DNA of 63,360 nt, filler included, from Folioceros fuciformis (taxonomy: Eukaryota): the NCBI GenBank assembly GCA_049999805.1. It is 8 parts of 8 records of this genome, joined end to end, with 100 filler letters (N's around TTAATTAATTAA, not from the genome) between each part and the next. Parts side by side here need not be neighbours in the genome. Positions count along the whole stretch, not along the records: positions 28,321 to 35,002 come from JBNGIO010006197.1; positions 35,103 to 37,576 come from JBNGIO010006204.1; positions 37,677 to 47,090 come from JBNGIO010006206.1; 5 more parts are not named here. The stretch is one strand, 5' to 3'. Below the pieces are notes generated by a model. It saw only the letters and a list, made by a program, of their open reading frames with translations, searched no databases and had not been told where the DNA came from. A program made the position numbers and the translations under genes. Below, in pieces: positions 33,855-46,009 of the stretch (the first letter of the stretch is position 1; each line of letters opens with the position of its first letter).

Positions 33855-34757
33855 TCTTGCCACCACTCAAGGTTGACACTCAATCCTTTCTTGAGTACTC
33901 ACACCTGATAAATGTCTGAAAGAACCAGACTGCTTCTGACTGGAGTTTTACTCACAAGACCTTAAGTCTCTTCTTCCTAAGAGCAATCTGGTGCGGAATC
34001 ACGCTGCCTTGCGTGAACCAGATTGTCTCATGCTTCGTGTCCTTACAGACTCTTGGCTGTCTGCCCACAAAGCTCCAGTGAGATTTCCTGTCAATTCCTT
34101 CCCTGCTGCCAAGCTAGGGTTAGCACACTTTCTTGCAGCTGCTGAGGCTATTGCAGCTGTTGCCTCCACTTGTCAGCCCTTCCACAGAGCTATGGGGATC
34201 AACAGCTAGTCCAGTAAGCTGACAGGGCCTTGTCGCCCTTCTCCTCACTTCCTGCACAGACCGATATGAGAGTTAGCTGCCGGGACGCTTGCTGCCGATC
34301 TCCCTCCAAGCTCCTCCAACTTCTCGTAGCTGCTCTAGCTTCTGGTGTGCACTCTTGCTGCCTCTTGCAGCACCTCCTACGCCGANNNNNNNNNNNNNNN
34401 NNNNNNNNNNNNNNNNNNNNNNNNNNNNNNNNNNNNNNNNNNNNNNNNNNNNNNNNNNNNNNNNNNNNNNNNNNNNNNNNNNNNNTCTACGTGCAAGTGT
34501 AGGAGAGGAGAGGAGAGAAGAGAGGGTGGTATTGGTGATCACAACCATGAAAACAATACACATCACCACTGTCTTACTATGGAGGTCCGAGGTCTCCATT
34601 TAAGTAGTACATTTAGGGCTACACAACTTCCAGGTTCAATATGGGATAATCTACACTATCCTAAGTTCACTAATAACTAGAACTAGTCTAGTATGAACCC
34701 AACTGGGATAACTAACACCACATGAGTTTAGCTCATATAGAGCTCGATAACTCAACA
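30203..34757 (-). mobile_element. Ty1/copia element B (gag-PR-INT-RT), interrupted in RT by element A
   Basis: Single long ORF from ATG 33854. A putative LTR starts TGTTGAG at 34757 (minus strand); the PBS probably falls in the 34386-34485 gap. Confidence 0.85.
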
Positions 34758-35102
34758 CTGATACCCGAACCACTACTCATGCAAGGAGTGTTCTGTTTAA
34801 CGAACTATCACTCTTAACTCCTCCTCAGCTAGCACCAACCAGTTCACAGGCTAGTAGCAGTCATTCAAATGACATGGAGGATACAGACATGAATGTGCAG
34901 CCACCAGTCCAGGTGGCGACACCACAGACAGCAGCAACACCTCCTTCCACACAAGTACAGCCTTTAAGTACACCTGTTGTAGTTCCCACTCCGACTGGAG
35001 GGNNNNNNNNNNNNNNNNNNNNNNNNNNNNNNNNNNNNNNNNNNNNTTAATTAATTAANNNNNNNNNNNNNNNNNNNNNNNNNNNNNNNNNNNNNNNNNN
35101 NN

Positions 35103-37576
35103 CCTACCTAAACCGGGATCTTTCTAACTGTACAGATCCGGTCTAAGACTATCTAACTTAACTAATTTATACATTTTATTTTTCTAAACGTCTGGTCGTC
35201 CGGCTTGGTGGAGTCTTCTTCGGACTCCTACTTCCGGATGCGGGGACTTCGGCTGCCTTCTTGGACTCTGGAGTGAACATAAATTCTCCAGCTCCGGTTT
35301 CGTCCAGGAAAAGGTTGGGAAGGGAGACGTCCGACAGATGGGGTTCTTGAGACTCCCTTGCCCGCACTATCCGCTCCATGCTGTTGACGATCCGGTCCGC
35401 AGCCTCCCGCCCCTTCTGCATGGCGCCCTCTATTCGCTCCGAGTAGTCGGAGAGGATCGCCAGCATCCTGGAGCCGGAAAGTTTCCGATCCTCCAGGGCC
35501 TTCGCATTGTACAACTCTGCCTTGGCCGCTGCCGCTCCCGGTACGCCGAGGGTTTCCTTCACTTGGGTCGCCACCATGGAGACCTCCCGGGCGATCATCC
35601 GGATCGCGACAGTATCCTCTCTAGCCCGGAGAAGCTCGGCCTTGGTCTTCTCCAGCTCTCCTCGCAGCGCCCGGATCTCGGCTTGATGTGCTTCTGCCTC
35701 ACCCGGATCCGCGATGCACTCGGCTACCTTAGCCGCTAGGTTCTTATCCGGGCGAACACCGATCACGTTGGCGACTTCGATTAGAACCTGGTTTTTACTT
35801 TCCATGTCTAATCGAAGGTTCGTCACTGCGTCAAGCAGTGGCGTGATCGGATCGCCGAATCCCACGAAACTCTTCGGCTGTGCTCCTGGTTTGGAGTTAG
35901 GCCGGGAAGAAGTTTCCGGTTCCTGGGCTTTTGCCTTGCCCTTCTCCTGGGGAGGAGACTTCGCCTTTTGTTTCTTTGGCGGCGGGGAGGTGACTGCACA
36001 GTCTTCCTCATCTGAATCCGGTTCCGTCCCGGACTCGGGTTGAGCCTCGTCATCTGACGTCGACTCCCCGTATTTCAACAGCATCTCCTGATGCTTCCAG
36101 ACCTTTTCTTCCGGTCCGGTCAGGAGTTCTGCATGCTCATACAGGTGGAAGAGGTAGGGACTCAGAGGAGTTGCCCTACTCTTTCCGACCCGGCTGACTA
36201 ACTGGGACACCAGATCATGCATGATCCGGCCCCAGTCTACTTTCCGGTCCCCTTTTAGGGCCCCGAAAATCGTATTCGCGAGGGTTATTGTAACCCTCGT
36301 GGGTTTTTCCGGATGCAGAATGGGGAGTAAAAACTCCAGCAGTCTACGGTTCCGGTTGGTCGCGCAATCCTCGATTGCGTAACCATCTTTCGGATTTACT
36401 GGTCCACGGAACTTTCCGCGGATCCAGTCATCCTTGCGGCTGGCCATCCCCAGCCCTCCGGAGCGGAAGCCATAGACTTCTCTCCAGAGCTTATCCGTCC
36501 ACCTCGCAGGGTCGGCACGGATTGAGCCGTTAAAAATATTAGAGCGGCCTCCGACCAACTCCCTAACGACGAGTTCTTCCTTAAACCCCCAGGGCTTAAG
36601 GGAAAACTCCGAGCAACCCATGGAAAAGAGATCTTCCATGAGTTCCATCCGCTCCTTCTCCACTTCAGGGAGGAGCGGAACCACCTTCCGCAGCTTCACC
36701 TCGACAGGAGATGAAGCTACTGGTCCTTGCTTTCGCTTGACCGGCGGCATGGATCCTAACACACAAACTTACTTCTCACCACACGAAATAAACCTTACTT
36801 CGCTCTCCGATCTCAACCGGAAGGTATGGACTGCAACTACTGACACCTGACACGATTCTCTAAAACACTGTGCGCGGAAGCCTCGTGGAAACGATGAGCC
36901 AACGCTGACGCACACTAAACGACAAGGAAAAAGAGTTGAGGCGCGCCAGGCTCCTGTCTTTTATACTCGGGCGACCGTCCGGACAGTTATCATGACCTGT
37001 ACCGGTCCGGTTTGCGCCGCTTCGAATTAATTACCCGGTCGTGCCCTAATCCGGATAGGATCCGAGCGCCGCCTGGATCGGAATCATTCCGCATCCGAGC
37101 AAACCTCTTTCTTTCCGTAAGATCGCAACTCCGTTCCAATTCTTTTGGTGAACCGCTTTCTAACTTCCGGTTATTCATCACTTTATCATCTTAACACCAA
37201 AAAAATGAAATTTTGAGTTGTCACATTATCCCCCTCTCATCTGTGAGCGTCCTCGCGAACACTACGCGGTTTCATCTGAAGAAGCACTAGCGACGTACTT
37301 CTTTACTCGTGATCCGTTTACCCGCGTATCTAACCATTGGCCTTGCAAATCCTTGAGCTGCAAGGATCCGTTCTCGAATATCATTGCAACCCGGTATGGT
37401 CCCATCCAACGAGTGTGCAACTTACCCGGAAAATCTTTGTGGCGGTTGTCATATAGAAGGACCAGTCCTCCTTCTCGGATTCCATGATCGGTTGGGATCT
37501 TCCGGTCGTAGTCCTCTTTTCGTTTGGTCTGGACCCGTTTGGTCCTTTCGAGGGCTGCATTCCGGATTTCTTCCAA
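35103..37576 (-). mobile_element. Non-chromovirus Ty3/gypsy element E, 3' part: integrase end, PPT, LTR start, long accessory ORF
   Basis: Integrase C-terminus GKLHTRWMGPY..RVNGSRVKKY (37262-37576), PPT AGATGAGAGGGGGATAA (37242-37226), then TGTGACA at 37225. The whole contig is CCGG-rich. Confidence 0.8.
35176..36750 (-). CDS. 524-aa retrotransposon accessory protein (globular N-domain, acidic/NLS linker, coiled coil)
   Basis: Uninterrupted ORF containing WREVYGF, FLLPILHPEKPTRVTITLANTIFGAL, KVDWG, PLSPYLFHLY, PPPKKQK and a heptad-rich HQAEIRALRGELEKTKAELLRARE. Confidence 0.8.
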   Translation of the reverse strand: MPPVKRKQGPVASSPVEVKLRKVVPLLPEVEKERMELMEDLFSMGCSEFSLKPWGFKEELVVRELVGGRSNIFNGSIRADPARWTDKLWREVYGFRSGGLGMASRKDDWIRGKFRGPVNPKDGYAIEDCATNRNRRLLEFLLPILHPEKPTRVTITLANTIFGALKGDRKVDWGRIMHDLVSQLVSRVGKSRATPLSPYLFHLYEHAELLTGPEEKVWKHQEMLLKYGESTSDDEAQPESGTEPDSDEEDCAVTSPPPKKQKAKSPPQEKGKAKAQEPETSSRPNSKPGAQPKSFVGFGDPITPLLDAVTNLRLDMESKNQVLIEVANVIGVRPDKNLAAKVAECIADPGEAEAHQAEIRALRGELEKTKAELLRAREDTVAIRMIAREVSMVATQVKETLGVPGAAAAKAELYNAKALEDRKLSGSRMLAILSDYSERIEGAMQKGREAADRIVNSMERIVRARESQEPHLSDVSLPNLFLDETGAGEFMFTPESKKAAEVPASGSRSPKKTPPSRTTRRLEK

Positions 37577-40500
37577 NNNNNNNNNNNNNNNNNNNNNNNN
37601 NNNNNNNNNNNNNNNNNNNNTTAATTAATTAANNNNNNNNNNNNNNNNNNNNNNNNNNNNNNNNNNNNNNNNNNNNTAGCCTCTTATACTACCTTGGCCT
37701 AAACCTCCATCTCTATCTATTAGGGTTAGCCTTAGTCAACCACCCAGCAATCGCTCTCTGACCTAAGCCGCCCCTAATTCTGACCTAAACCTAACTCTGA
37801 CCTAACCCTAACTTTGACCCAAACCTAGTTCTGACCTAACCCTAACCCTAACTCTGACCTAACCTTAATCCGACCTAATAGGGGTTGTGTCCCATGGACA
37901 CCACTGGGTGCCCTTACCAAAATTGACCAACCTCTCAAGACTACCAAAATGGTTAGTGCCTCTCAACATTCTCCCTCTTCTCTTAAATCATTCCATCCCT
38001 TCTCTCAGATCATTCCATCCCTTCCCTTCAGAGCATCCAGCAACCCTTCAAAGACCCGTCTCGCCTCACCATTAATCTAGCTACTAATCTAACCTAATCT
38101 TCTAACCATTTCACCACAGGATTCACTCAGAGATTCCCAAAAAGAGAAATCCTACCATTTCCCAAGGACCTATTCACCATGTGGAGTCCACATACTCCCC
38201 TTCTCATTTGTTGGCGTCCTCGCCAACTACTGATAATATTTCTTCACCCGCAAGCCATTAACCCTAGTTGGCAAGTTAGGGCCGTTGAGGTGCTGCAGTT
38301 GGATGGACCCATTCTCATACACTTCCAGCACCCTGTAAGGTCCCATCCATGTCAAGTGTAGCTTACCTGGAAAGTGCATGTACCTATTGTCATATAACAA
38401 TGCTAAATCTCCAAGCAAAACATACTCTTGTTTACGCAACTTCTGGTCGTGCCACTTCTTCCTCCTCTCCTGAACATCAAGGAAAACAGCCAAGGCCCGT
38501 TCCCTATCCTCATCATGCTGCACAAAACTAGTTAGCCTCTCCAGTTGGCTCTCCTCCACGGTCAATCGATTGCTCTCCTGCATTCTCAAGGTAGGTACCT
38601 CAAATTCGATGGGCATGACCGGTGAGTGTCCATAGGTGAGGTAATAAGGGGTCTGCTGGGTAGTAACCTTCTCAGCAGTCCTATACGCCCACAAGGCTGA
38701 ATGGAGCTTCCTATCCCAATCATGAGCATAGGTGACGGTGACCTTGCCTAGAATCTTGCACAACAGCCCATTAGCCTTCTCCATGAGTCCATTGGCCTTA
38801 GGGTTGTAGGGAGTGGTCTTCCTATGACTGATATTGAAATATTCAGTCATGTGCTTGACTACGTCATTGATGAAGTGAGTCCCCCTATCACTCACCAGCT
38901 CCAACGGGCACCCATACCTTGTGATGATTTGCTCAAACAAAAATTGGGCCACCACATTTGCTGTGTCCACGGGCAAAGCTTGGGCCTCTACCATGCGTGT
39001 GCAGTAGTCAGTTGCCACCAAGATGTATTGGTTCTGCCTTCCCTTGGACTTGGGCTGAATTGGTCCTACAAAATCAATCCCCCACTTCTCAAATGGTGCT
39101 AGGGCTAGGATGGGGACCAATGGCCATTGTGTGGTCCTAGTAGGCTTCCCCACCCTTTGGCATGCATCACACCTCTTGATGAATTCTCCAGCATCAGCAT
39201 GCATTGTTGGCCACCAATACCCTGCTGCCAGAATTTTTCTACAGGTCACATGGGCTGCATAATGGCCTCCAGCCTCTCCCTCATGTAGGGAGCTGATAAC
39301 TTGCTCCACTTGGCCAGGTTTGACCCACAACCTCTCCACGCCATCAGCTCCTGTGCGATACAGCTTGCCCTTGTACTTAACCACCAGCCTTGTGAAGTAC
39401 AAGAACAGCCGCTGCTGCTGCCGTGTGAGATCAACTGGAAATTCCCCCGTGCCTAAAAAATCAGACACCTCTTGGTAGGAAGGCTTGCGGGACCCTCTTC
39501 TCCCCTTCTCATTTGGTGCTGCACCTTCACCTCTTGGCAACCTAACATTTGGTTTGGCCCTCTCCTTCTCCACTAGGTCTGCTGAAAATGCTTCATCCGG
39601 AAAATCATCTTCTTGGTCCTGAACCACATTCCCCGTTTTCAGCCTGGATAGAAAATCAACATTCACATGCCTGCGCCCTTCCCTTGTTTCCACGGTGAAT
39701 GTGAACTCCTGCAAGAGCAAAATCCAGCGAGCTATGCGGCCCAATAGGTCTGCCTTGTTGACCAAGTGCTTGAGAGCAAAATGATCAACATGGAAGACAA
39801 ACTCATAGGAGAGGAGTTAGTGGTGGAATTTACGACAAGAGTAGACCATGCCAAGTGCCTCCCTCTCGGTTGTGGTGTACTTGCGTTCAGCCTCTGTAAG
39901 TTGACGTCCAGCATAGTAGATTGGGTAGTCCCTCCCCTTCTCATCCCGCTGGCTAAGGATTGTCCCAATGGCAAAGGTTGAAACATCCACGTACACATGG
40001 AATTTCTTGTCCCAATCAGGCCCCTTGAGTGTTGGTGCTGTCACAAGAGTGGTCCTCAAGTCCTGAAACGCAGCCTCCCTCGCCGCTGTCCACTCCCAAG
40101 ATTGCTCCTTCCTCAATAGGCCCGTCATAGGGGCAGCCCGTCTAGCAAAATTTGGCACGAATCGGCGGTAGTATCCCACCATCCCAAGGAATCCACGCAG
40201 CTCTTTCAGTGTGGTTGGGGCCCTCAAGGCAGCAATCACCTTCACCTTATTCAGGTCCACTTCAATGCCCCTTGCTGAAATTTTGTGACCTAGCAAGATC
40301 CCTTCAGCCATGCCAAAATAGCATTTCTCTGGATGCAAACAAAGCTGCGTCTCACGGCACCTAGCCAAGCACAGCCTTAGGTGCTCCAGATGCTGCTCCA
40401 CCCCTCCAAACACATAAAAATCATCTATGAACACCTCTAGGAATTTGTGGAGGAAATCCTTGAAGATCTTGTACATGCTGCGCATAAAGGACCCCGGTGC

Positions 40501-43500
40501 TCCTGTCAGCCCAAAAGCACTCCTCTTGTAGGCGAATGTCCCCCAATCAGTTGTGAAGGCTATCAATGGCCAGTCACTCTCCCTGAGGGACAGCTGATTG
40601 TGACCAGAATAGCCATCCAAAAAGGAGTAAATCATGCGGCCAGCCACCAAATCTAGAATGTTGTCAATGAATGGCAAGGGGAAATGATCCTTCTTGGTGG
40701 CTTTGTTCAGCCTTCTCCAGTCCTGGCACACCCGGATCTTCCCTTGCTGTTTCCTGGGCACCACCACGATTGGGGCCACCCAATCTGAGTTCACAATTGG
40801 AAAAATCACATTTGCCTTCAAGTATTGCTCCAGCTGTTCCTTTACCTTCATGGAGTATTTTGGATTCAGCTTGTAATGTGGAATTCGAATGGGAACAACG
40901 CCTGGCTCCAAGTCGATCTTGTGCTCCCCCCACTCTTTGGGAATTCCCTTCATGTCCGTCACCTCAAAGGCAAACACATCGATGAACTCAGCCAGGAGTT
41001 GCTTCACTCCCTCCTCCAATTTGGCATCCAGCTGTTTGGAAAGCTTCAGCACCTTGCCCGGCAACACCTCCACATCCTTAATTTCATCAGCCTGCACCCA
41101 TTCACGCTGCACGGGTGCAAAGCTGACTCCAAACCCTTCTTCCGGCTCTCGGGGATCTTCCTCCCTCATTCCCCATTCCCTGAATAGGTCTTCGGAGGTG
41201 AATCTAGTGACCTCTATATCCTCACCAGCAGGCCCTTCAGACCTTGGGTCACAGCCCCCTTCCCTCATCTCACCTTCCTTCACACCCCTCTTGGCATGGG
41301 AGGCTTTTTCCTGGCCCTTCCCTTCAGCAACTCCAGCAACCTGTCCTTCCACGTTTGCTGCTTCAGCCCCTACCATGTTGCAGTCCAAGGTGATCCCGAA
41401 ACACTCGACCCGATTCAAGGTATAAGGAATATCCCTCCGGTAGTCCTCCTCTTCATCTGTCCATGATATGTGGGAAAAAGGGAATTTATCTTCCCCTTCC
41501 CCCTCCTCCAAATCAGTTGTGTCCCCCACGGACGTGTACCCCTCCGTGTCCGTTGGGGTCTCACCGAGGTAGACATCCCGGCTCCAGCTCAAACAAATCC
41601 TACCCTCCTTTGTCTTGGGGTTCCATTCAGGTGGTTTGAAAGCCACCTCCTTCCTCCCCCATGACAACCTGCACCTCAATCCATACAGCCAAGTCCTGCC
41701 CAGCAAGATGTCGTAGCCTAGTGCCTTGTGTTGAATGACCACAAAATCGAGAAGGTAGGGAATGGTCCCTATGGTCGTGGTTACCCCTCTCAGCTCCCCC
41801 ACTGGCTGCATTCTGGACATATCGGCCAACCTCAAGACCTTGGTTGTGTGCTCGATCTCCAATCCGAGTTTCTTGGCGGTATCCTCCGTCATAATATTCA
41901 CCCCTGAACCTATATCTAGCGGCACCCTCTTAATCACGCAGCCTGCAATCTCCACCTGCAGTTCAGCCGGTCCTTGGTCCTCCATGGACACCATGTTGAC
42001 CATGGGAGCCAACAACCTTGGCCTTGATTTAGGTAGCCTCTTCCTTCTCTTGGGTTGGGCCTCCTGCAATGCCTTCCGGACCTGTTGTCGATATTTAAGG
42101 TTATCCTTCAGGAGCTGACCAAAGGTAACAGCAAATTGCTGGTCCATGATGGCTCCAGCCAAATCAAATGGCTTCTGGACAGCCCCATTGGTGCCTTTGG
42201 TCACCGCTGCCACCTCCCTAGGTGGCAGACTTGCAGCCACGGGTGCTGACTCCTTTGCTGCCCTATCCAACTCCTCCTGGATCATGTCTAGTACCTCTCC
42301 CCTCACATCTGGAGGAAATTCCAGGTTTCCCCCCTTTGCTGGGCTTGCTCCCTCTCCAGCCCTTGATTTTTCCTCCTTGGGGGTCTGCCCTTCCTGGTCT
42401 CCTTTCTCCCGACATGATTCCTCCACATTTGGGGTGCCCTTCTCCTCCTCCAATCCTGCAGCAGATTCCACTTGCTTCCCCTTCTTCTAGGCACCCCGCT
42501 GCCTTCCCCTTCTCTTCCCACTGCGGGTACATACCGCCATGGCTGCAGCCTCCCCATAGGAACCCTCCTTAGTGTTGTCCAACCCTTCCAGCCCCTTAGG
42601 CACCTTGGCCTCGGCCTCCTCCCAAACAGCCATGAGGGCGTCCTCCACGTGCATGGCCGTTGCAGCCCCTTGAGGTGCTGCTTGCAGCACCCCTGTCACC
42701 GCTGGCTGAGCAATCCTCACGCTCTTCCTAGGGTTCTGACAAAGCACGCTGCCCGCCACGTGCCCCTGTTGTTTGCAGTCCTGGCACAACCTATCGTAGT
42801 CTCCATTGGCCTGCCTAGTTGCTGATGGACAGCTGTTGGCATAGTGTCCAAATCCTCGACAATTATAGCATTGGACAACCCCCGTTGCTTGACCAGCAAC
42901 TCTCCCCACCTGGTTGCTACGACCACCCGTGCCCATAGGATTTCGAAGAATGGAAGGATGGGCTGTCTTGAAATATTGCTGCCCTTGGGAAAACTTCTGA
43001 ATTTGGTAGGAGTCCTCCACTGACCACTCCTCTTCTTCCCCTTCACAGGCCAGCAAATGCACCTTGGCCCCTTGACAATGGGTCTTGGTGTGGCCTTGCT
43101 CACCACAAATGGAGAAAAACAAGTTAGCCCTGCCACTAGTTGCAGCCCTCCTTCTCTCATGTTCCTTGACAGCATGGAGGTGAAACTTCTCAAACTTGTT
43201 CATCATCTCTCCATCTTGGACTCCTGCTGCTCCACTTTCTTGGCTGCAGCCTCAGCCTCTTTCTTGACCTGCTCCACCTCCCTCTTGGCACAAGCCACCT
43301 CTTGCTTGGCCTTAGCTAGATCCTTTGCCTTCCTTGCTTCCTTCTTCCGCCTAACCACCTCTTGCTCCTTCTTCTTCAGCCTTTTCTTGACAGCCTCGTC
43401 CTCCGAGGACTCCTCCTCTAGGTTGTCCCCTGCTAAAGATGAAGAGTTCTCTGCTGCTGATTCTTCTCAAGAATCGCTCTCCTCAGAGAAATCTTCATCC

Positions 43501-44619
43501 GAGGAAGATGACTCCCTCTTCTTCTTCCCCGTCCTAGGCATGTTCTTCTTCTTGTCCTTCTCCCTCACTCTCTCCTTCTCCTTCTTGGATCTCCCTTTGC
43601 CCCACGGATGAGACTCCTCATAATTGAGGGCTGCCCTTACAGCCCTGTCCACATCTTTTTCTGCGAACAATTTCACATGGCCCCCCATCCTCGATCCTAA
43701 GCCTCCAGCGAACCACCTAATGGCTTGTAAGTCCGAATGAGGTCCACAGCGATCCCGCAGGCTGTGGAACCTCTCCACATAGGCCTGCAAGGTCTCCTTC
43801 CTCCTCCTCCTCAAGGCCTCCAGCTTGGACAGCACATAGCCCTCTACGTCTATCCCCCTGAACCGCTCACAAAAGGCCCTCTTCAACACATCAAAAGTTG
43901 CCGGAAATGTGCCAACCTTGAGGTACTCTCTCCTGTACCACTTGGCAGGCCCTCCACATAGTACACCATAGAACAATTGGATGCGCTGTGCATCCGCTGA
44001 TTCCTGGTTACAAAGGGTCAGCTGCTCAAACCTCTCCACAAATTCATCCGGGTCCTCATACCCCTTCTTCTCCCCATACAAGGGGTACAACTGCTTGGTG
44101 GACATTGCAACAATTGGGGCCGCCATGGTGCTTGCACTCACCACTGCAGTTGCGGATCTAGCAGCTCTAGCAACTGGAGTTGGGCTGATGTTGCTGAATC
44201 CTTCAGCCCCTGCACTCCTAATCACCTGCACCAGTCTAGGATGAAGACCAAAGAGCAGACTTGGATTAGGTTGCCCTGGATTAGGCCTCCCCCCAATAGC
44301 TGAAAGTTGAGGGTCTTGTTTCACCGTGATTGATTCCCCCAAGATCTGCTGGTTGCTTGCCCCTCTCCTCCTCCTCTCTAGTGTATGCCCTGGCTGTGCC
44401 CTCCTTAGCTCCCTCTCCACTACTCTTTGCTCACGCTCCAATACTTGCTGCTGCCTCCTTGCTTGAGCTTGAGCTCCCCCTTCAAAGCTAGAGTTGAAAT
44501 CTTCAGCTCCTATGCGGGGCATCCATCAACCCTGCAACATTCCCTTGTACAGTCCCCTATCCAGGTCAGTCCTCTCCAAACCTTGACAGCAATGTCACTC
44601 CCCGACAACGGCGCCAAAA

Positions 44620-46009
44620 TGTGGAGTGATTTCTTGCACACCCAAGAACCACTAAGGGGCCACACTTCCCCTTATTATCGTTGCAGTCTTATGATTCGCT
44701 CCCAAGGGAGTGAACTAATGTCAAGATTACCTACATCTCCCTAATCTCACCCTATCTATCAGCATATACCAAGTGCTACAGCAATAGGTCAGAATTCTTG
44801 GTCCTGTCTTCGACTCCTACCACAACACCAACCCCAGCCTCAACAAAATGAGAACTCCAGCGTTGTCTTCAGCCCTCGCTTCCAGCTCCAAGTATCAATC
44901 ACTTCAATGCTGAGAGGAGGCTCCAGCCCCAAGTCTGGCCTCAAATTCTCAGCATCTAGTGCTAGCTACCTCCGCGGCTGAACAAGAACCTCAACCTCAG
45001 CTAGCTCCTCACTCCACCTTCAACACTTCATTCCACCACTTCAGCACTTCACCCCAGCATTTCACTCCTTCACTTCAGCACTTCAGTCCTTCACTTCAGC
45101 ACTTCACTTCACCCTCCAGCCCCTCACTTCAGCTCAACTCCTCACTTCACCACTTCCACTTCCAAAATCTACAACTCAACCCTTCTCTCCTGCAATTTGG
45201 AACACAACAGCCTTCTCTCTTGCAGCCTTCAAGGCAGAGGCGAGGCCTAGGGCTGGGTAGCCTCCTTGGCTCACGGCCCTGCAACCTCACCTCAGCCAGC
45301 ATGCAAGGTGGTCAGCCATTGCGGATCCAGCCACACGAATCTTGGCAGTCTTGGGATCCTCCACGTTCCCCTAGTGGCAAGGGAAATCAGAACCTTGGTT
45401 TAGTCTCAACTAGCTCAGCGCCCTAAGCCAGGAGTTCTGTACCCAAGGTCTAGGGAAATCGCATCGTAGACAGCCCCCTCCTCAATGGCAGGTTAGCCTC
45501 TTATACTACCTTGGCCTAAACCTCCATCTCTATCTATTAGGGTTAGCCTTAGTCAACCACCCAGCAATCGCTCTCTGACCTAAGCCGCCCCTAATTCTGA
45601 CCTAAACCTAACTCTGACCTAACCCTAACTTTGACCCAAACCTAGTTCTGACCTAACCCTAACCCTAACTCTGACCTAACCTTAATCCGACCTAATAGGG
45701 GTTGTGTCCCATGGACACCACTGGGTGCCCTTACCAAAATTGACCAACCTCTCAAGACTACCAAAATGGTTAGTGCCTCTCAACATTCTCCCTCTTCTCT
45801 TAAATCATTCCATCCCTTCTCTCAGATCATTCCATCCCTTCCCTTCAGAGCATCCAGCAACCCTTCAAAGACCCGTCTCGCCTCACCATTAATCTAGCTA
45901 CTAATCTAACCTAATCTTCTAACCATTTCACCACAGGATTCACTCAGAGATTCCCAAAAAGAGAAATCCTACCATTTCCCAAGGACCTATTCACCATGTG
46001 GAGTCCACA
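44620..46009 (-). repeat. LTR of element D (1390 bp), shared between two tandem units
   Basis: TGTGGA...TCCACA termini, with the PBS on one side and PPT + integrase on the other. 45494-46009 matches 37677-38192. Confidence 0.9.
45577..45697. repeat. Degenerate ~17-bp tandem repeat containing CCCTAA (TTAGGG) units in the LTR; second copy at 37760-37880
   Basis: ctgacctaaacctaact-ctgacctaaccctaact-...-ctgacctaaccctaaccctaact. Confidence 0.8.

Larger units (their letters stand above)
37677..46009 (-). mobile_element. Near full-length non-chromovirus Ty3/gypsy element D (Athila-like PBS), coding region degenerate
   Basis: LTR 44620-46009, PBS TGGCGCCGTTGTCGGGGA (44616-44599), gag from 44522 with three CCHC-type knuckles, protease LDIGSG, RT VFIDDF, RNase H DVS, integrase WGIDFVGP/SDRG. 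PPT at ~38193-38209 and a partial 3' LTR at 37677-38192. Stops at 43467, 42487 and 39817, frameshifts near 43207 and 39770. Confidence 0.92.

Noticed and set aside
34758-35002. Short P/T-rich ORF start (MEDTDMNVQPPVQ...)
   Set aside because: Truncated by a linker and too short to assign; possibly the element into which copia B inserted.
44959-45426. 155-aa ORF inside the LTR of element D
   Set aside because: It starts at GTG, is antisense, and arises from low-complexity CTTCAGCACTTCA repeats. No resemblance to element E's 524-aa ORF.
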